Shown one piece after another: positions 63,323-64,000 of a DNA stretch of 64,000 bases. This stretch comes from Lama guanicoe (Eukaryota), in assembly GCA_013239625.1 (NCBI GenBank), contig MU053754.1, positions 1 to 64,000 on the forward strand, read 5' to 3'. The position numbers and the translations under genes are program-made. Position 1 is the first letter of the stretch, and the number at the start of each line of letters is the position of its first letter. Below the pieces are notes generated by a model. That model made no database searches, had not been told where the DNA came from, and saw nothing but the letters and a program-made list of their open reading frames with translations.

Positions 63323-63445
63323 GGGGGAGGGTCTAGCTCAGTGGTAGAGCGTGTGCTTAGCATGCACGAGGTCCTGGGTTCAATCCCCGGACCTCCATAC
63401 TAAATAAATAGACCTAATTACCTCCCCACCCGCAAAAAACCTCAC
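63323..63445 (+). mobile_element. tRNA-Ala-derived SINE
   Basis: ggggagggtctagctcagtggtagagcgtgtgcttagcatgcacgaggtcctgggttcaatcccc..cctaattacctcccc. Confidence 0.92.
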
Positions 63446-64000
63446 AAACCAAATGGTCCCCATTAACTTTTCCTACCATGTCAGTTACTTGAAGGGTGTC
63501 CATTCAGTGTTTGCCTCTCCTTGGACCCTGACGTGAGCAGATCACTGTTCTCTATTTCTTTCCCTGATCGCAGGTGGATGCTAGTTTGACAGAACCTGGA
63601 CAGTGTTGTCAGCTCTCCCATCTAGAATGGGTGGGTTTTTAGACTGTGGAATGAATACGTCGAGGAGAGTGCGAACCACAGCGTCTTGGGTGAGAAAGTG
63701 TTTGGTGTGAGTTGCACTTGTCCCATGCTTGTTTGTGGCTCCCATCCATCCAGGGAGTCAGTGTTACCCGGGCGGGGAGACGCCCAAGAGGAGGAAAAAA
63801 GACAGACAGAGTATGTCATAAACGTCTGTGCCCAAATCAAGGAGAAAAATGAGGAGCATGTGCTCTTGCCATTCAAAGGCATTTGACCCGCTGGGTCGCG
63901 GCGTTTGTCGGGGCAAAAATAGAAGCCTGGCTTGCAGACAGCTGTTCCCAACGAGAGCCTCCACGTAAATGGCAGAATTGTCTCTGAATTCTCTCTCGCC

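Noticed and set aside
55834..64000. STS exon 8 (GGK..WEGGIRVPG..RWP)
   Set aside because: Not seen by eye. It most likely lies beyond the window end, so absence is not evidence of truncation.

Overview
Mammalian genomic DNA, probably a camelid (abundant tRNA-Ala-derived SINEs and artiodactyl-type L1 3' ends). The window holds the central part of the steroid sulfatase gene STS on the + strand. Six coding exons, equivalent to human exons 2-7, lie at 13066-13206, 16119-16240, 16330-16452, 16916-17339, 28966-29102 and 55696-55833. They splice in frame through canonical GT-AG introns into 360 codons with the CTPSR sulfatase motif and two transmembrane helices. The last exons lie beyond the window end; the first exon was not identified and probably lies upstream of it. 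The rest is intronic: SINEs, L1/L2/MIR fragments, LTRs, MER20 and microsatellites. The most notable non-gene structures are a near-identical ~3.74 kb tandem duplication (<1-7287), a ~180 bp retroposed mRNA-like 3' end nested in an L1 with a perfect 11-bp TSD, a sharp GC3 spike in exon 5 with AT-to-GC drift in old repeats, and an in-frame exon 3-5 cassette flanked by inverted SINEs. I did not find a convincing novel multi-gene system. Repeat family names and human STS comparisons are from memory, not database searches.
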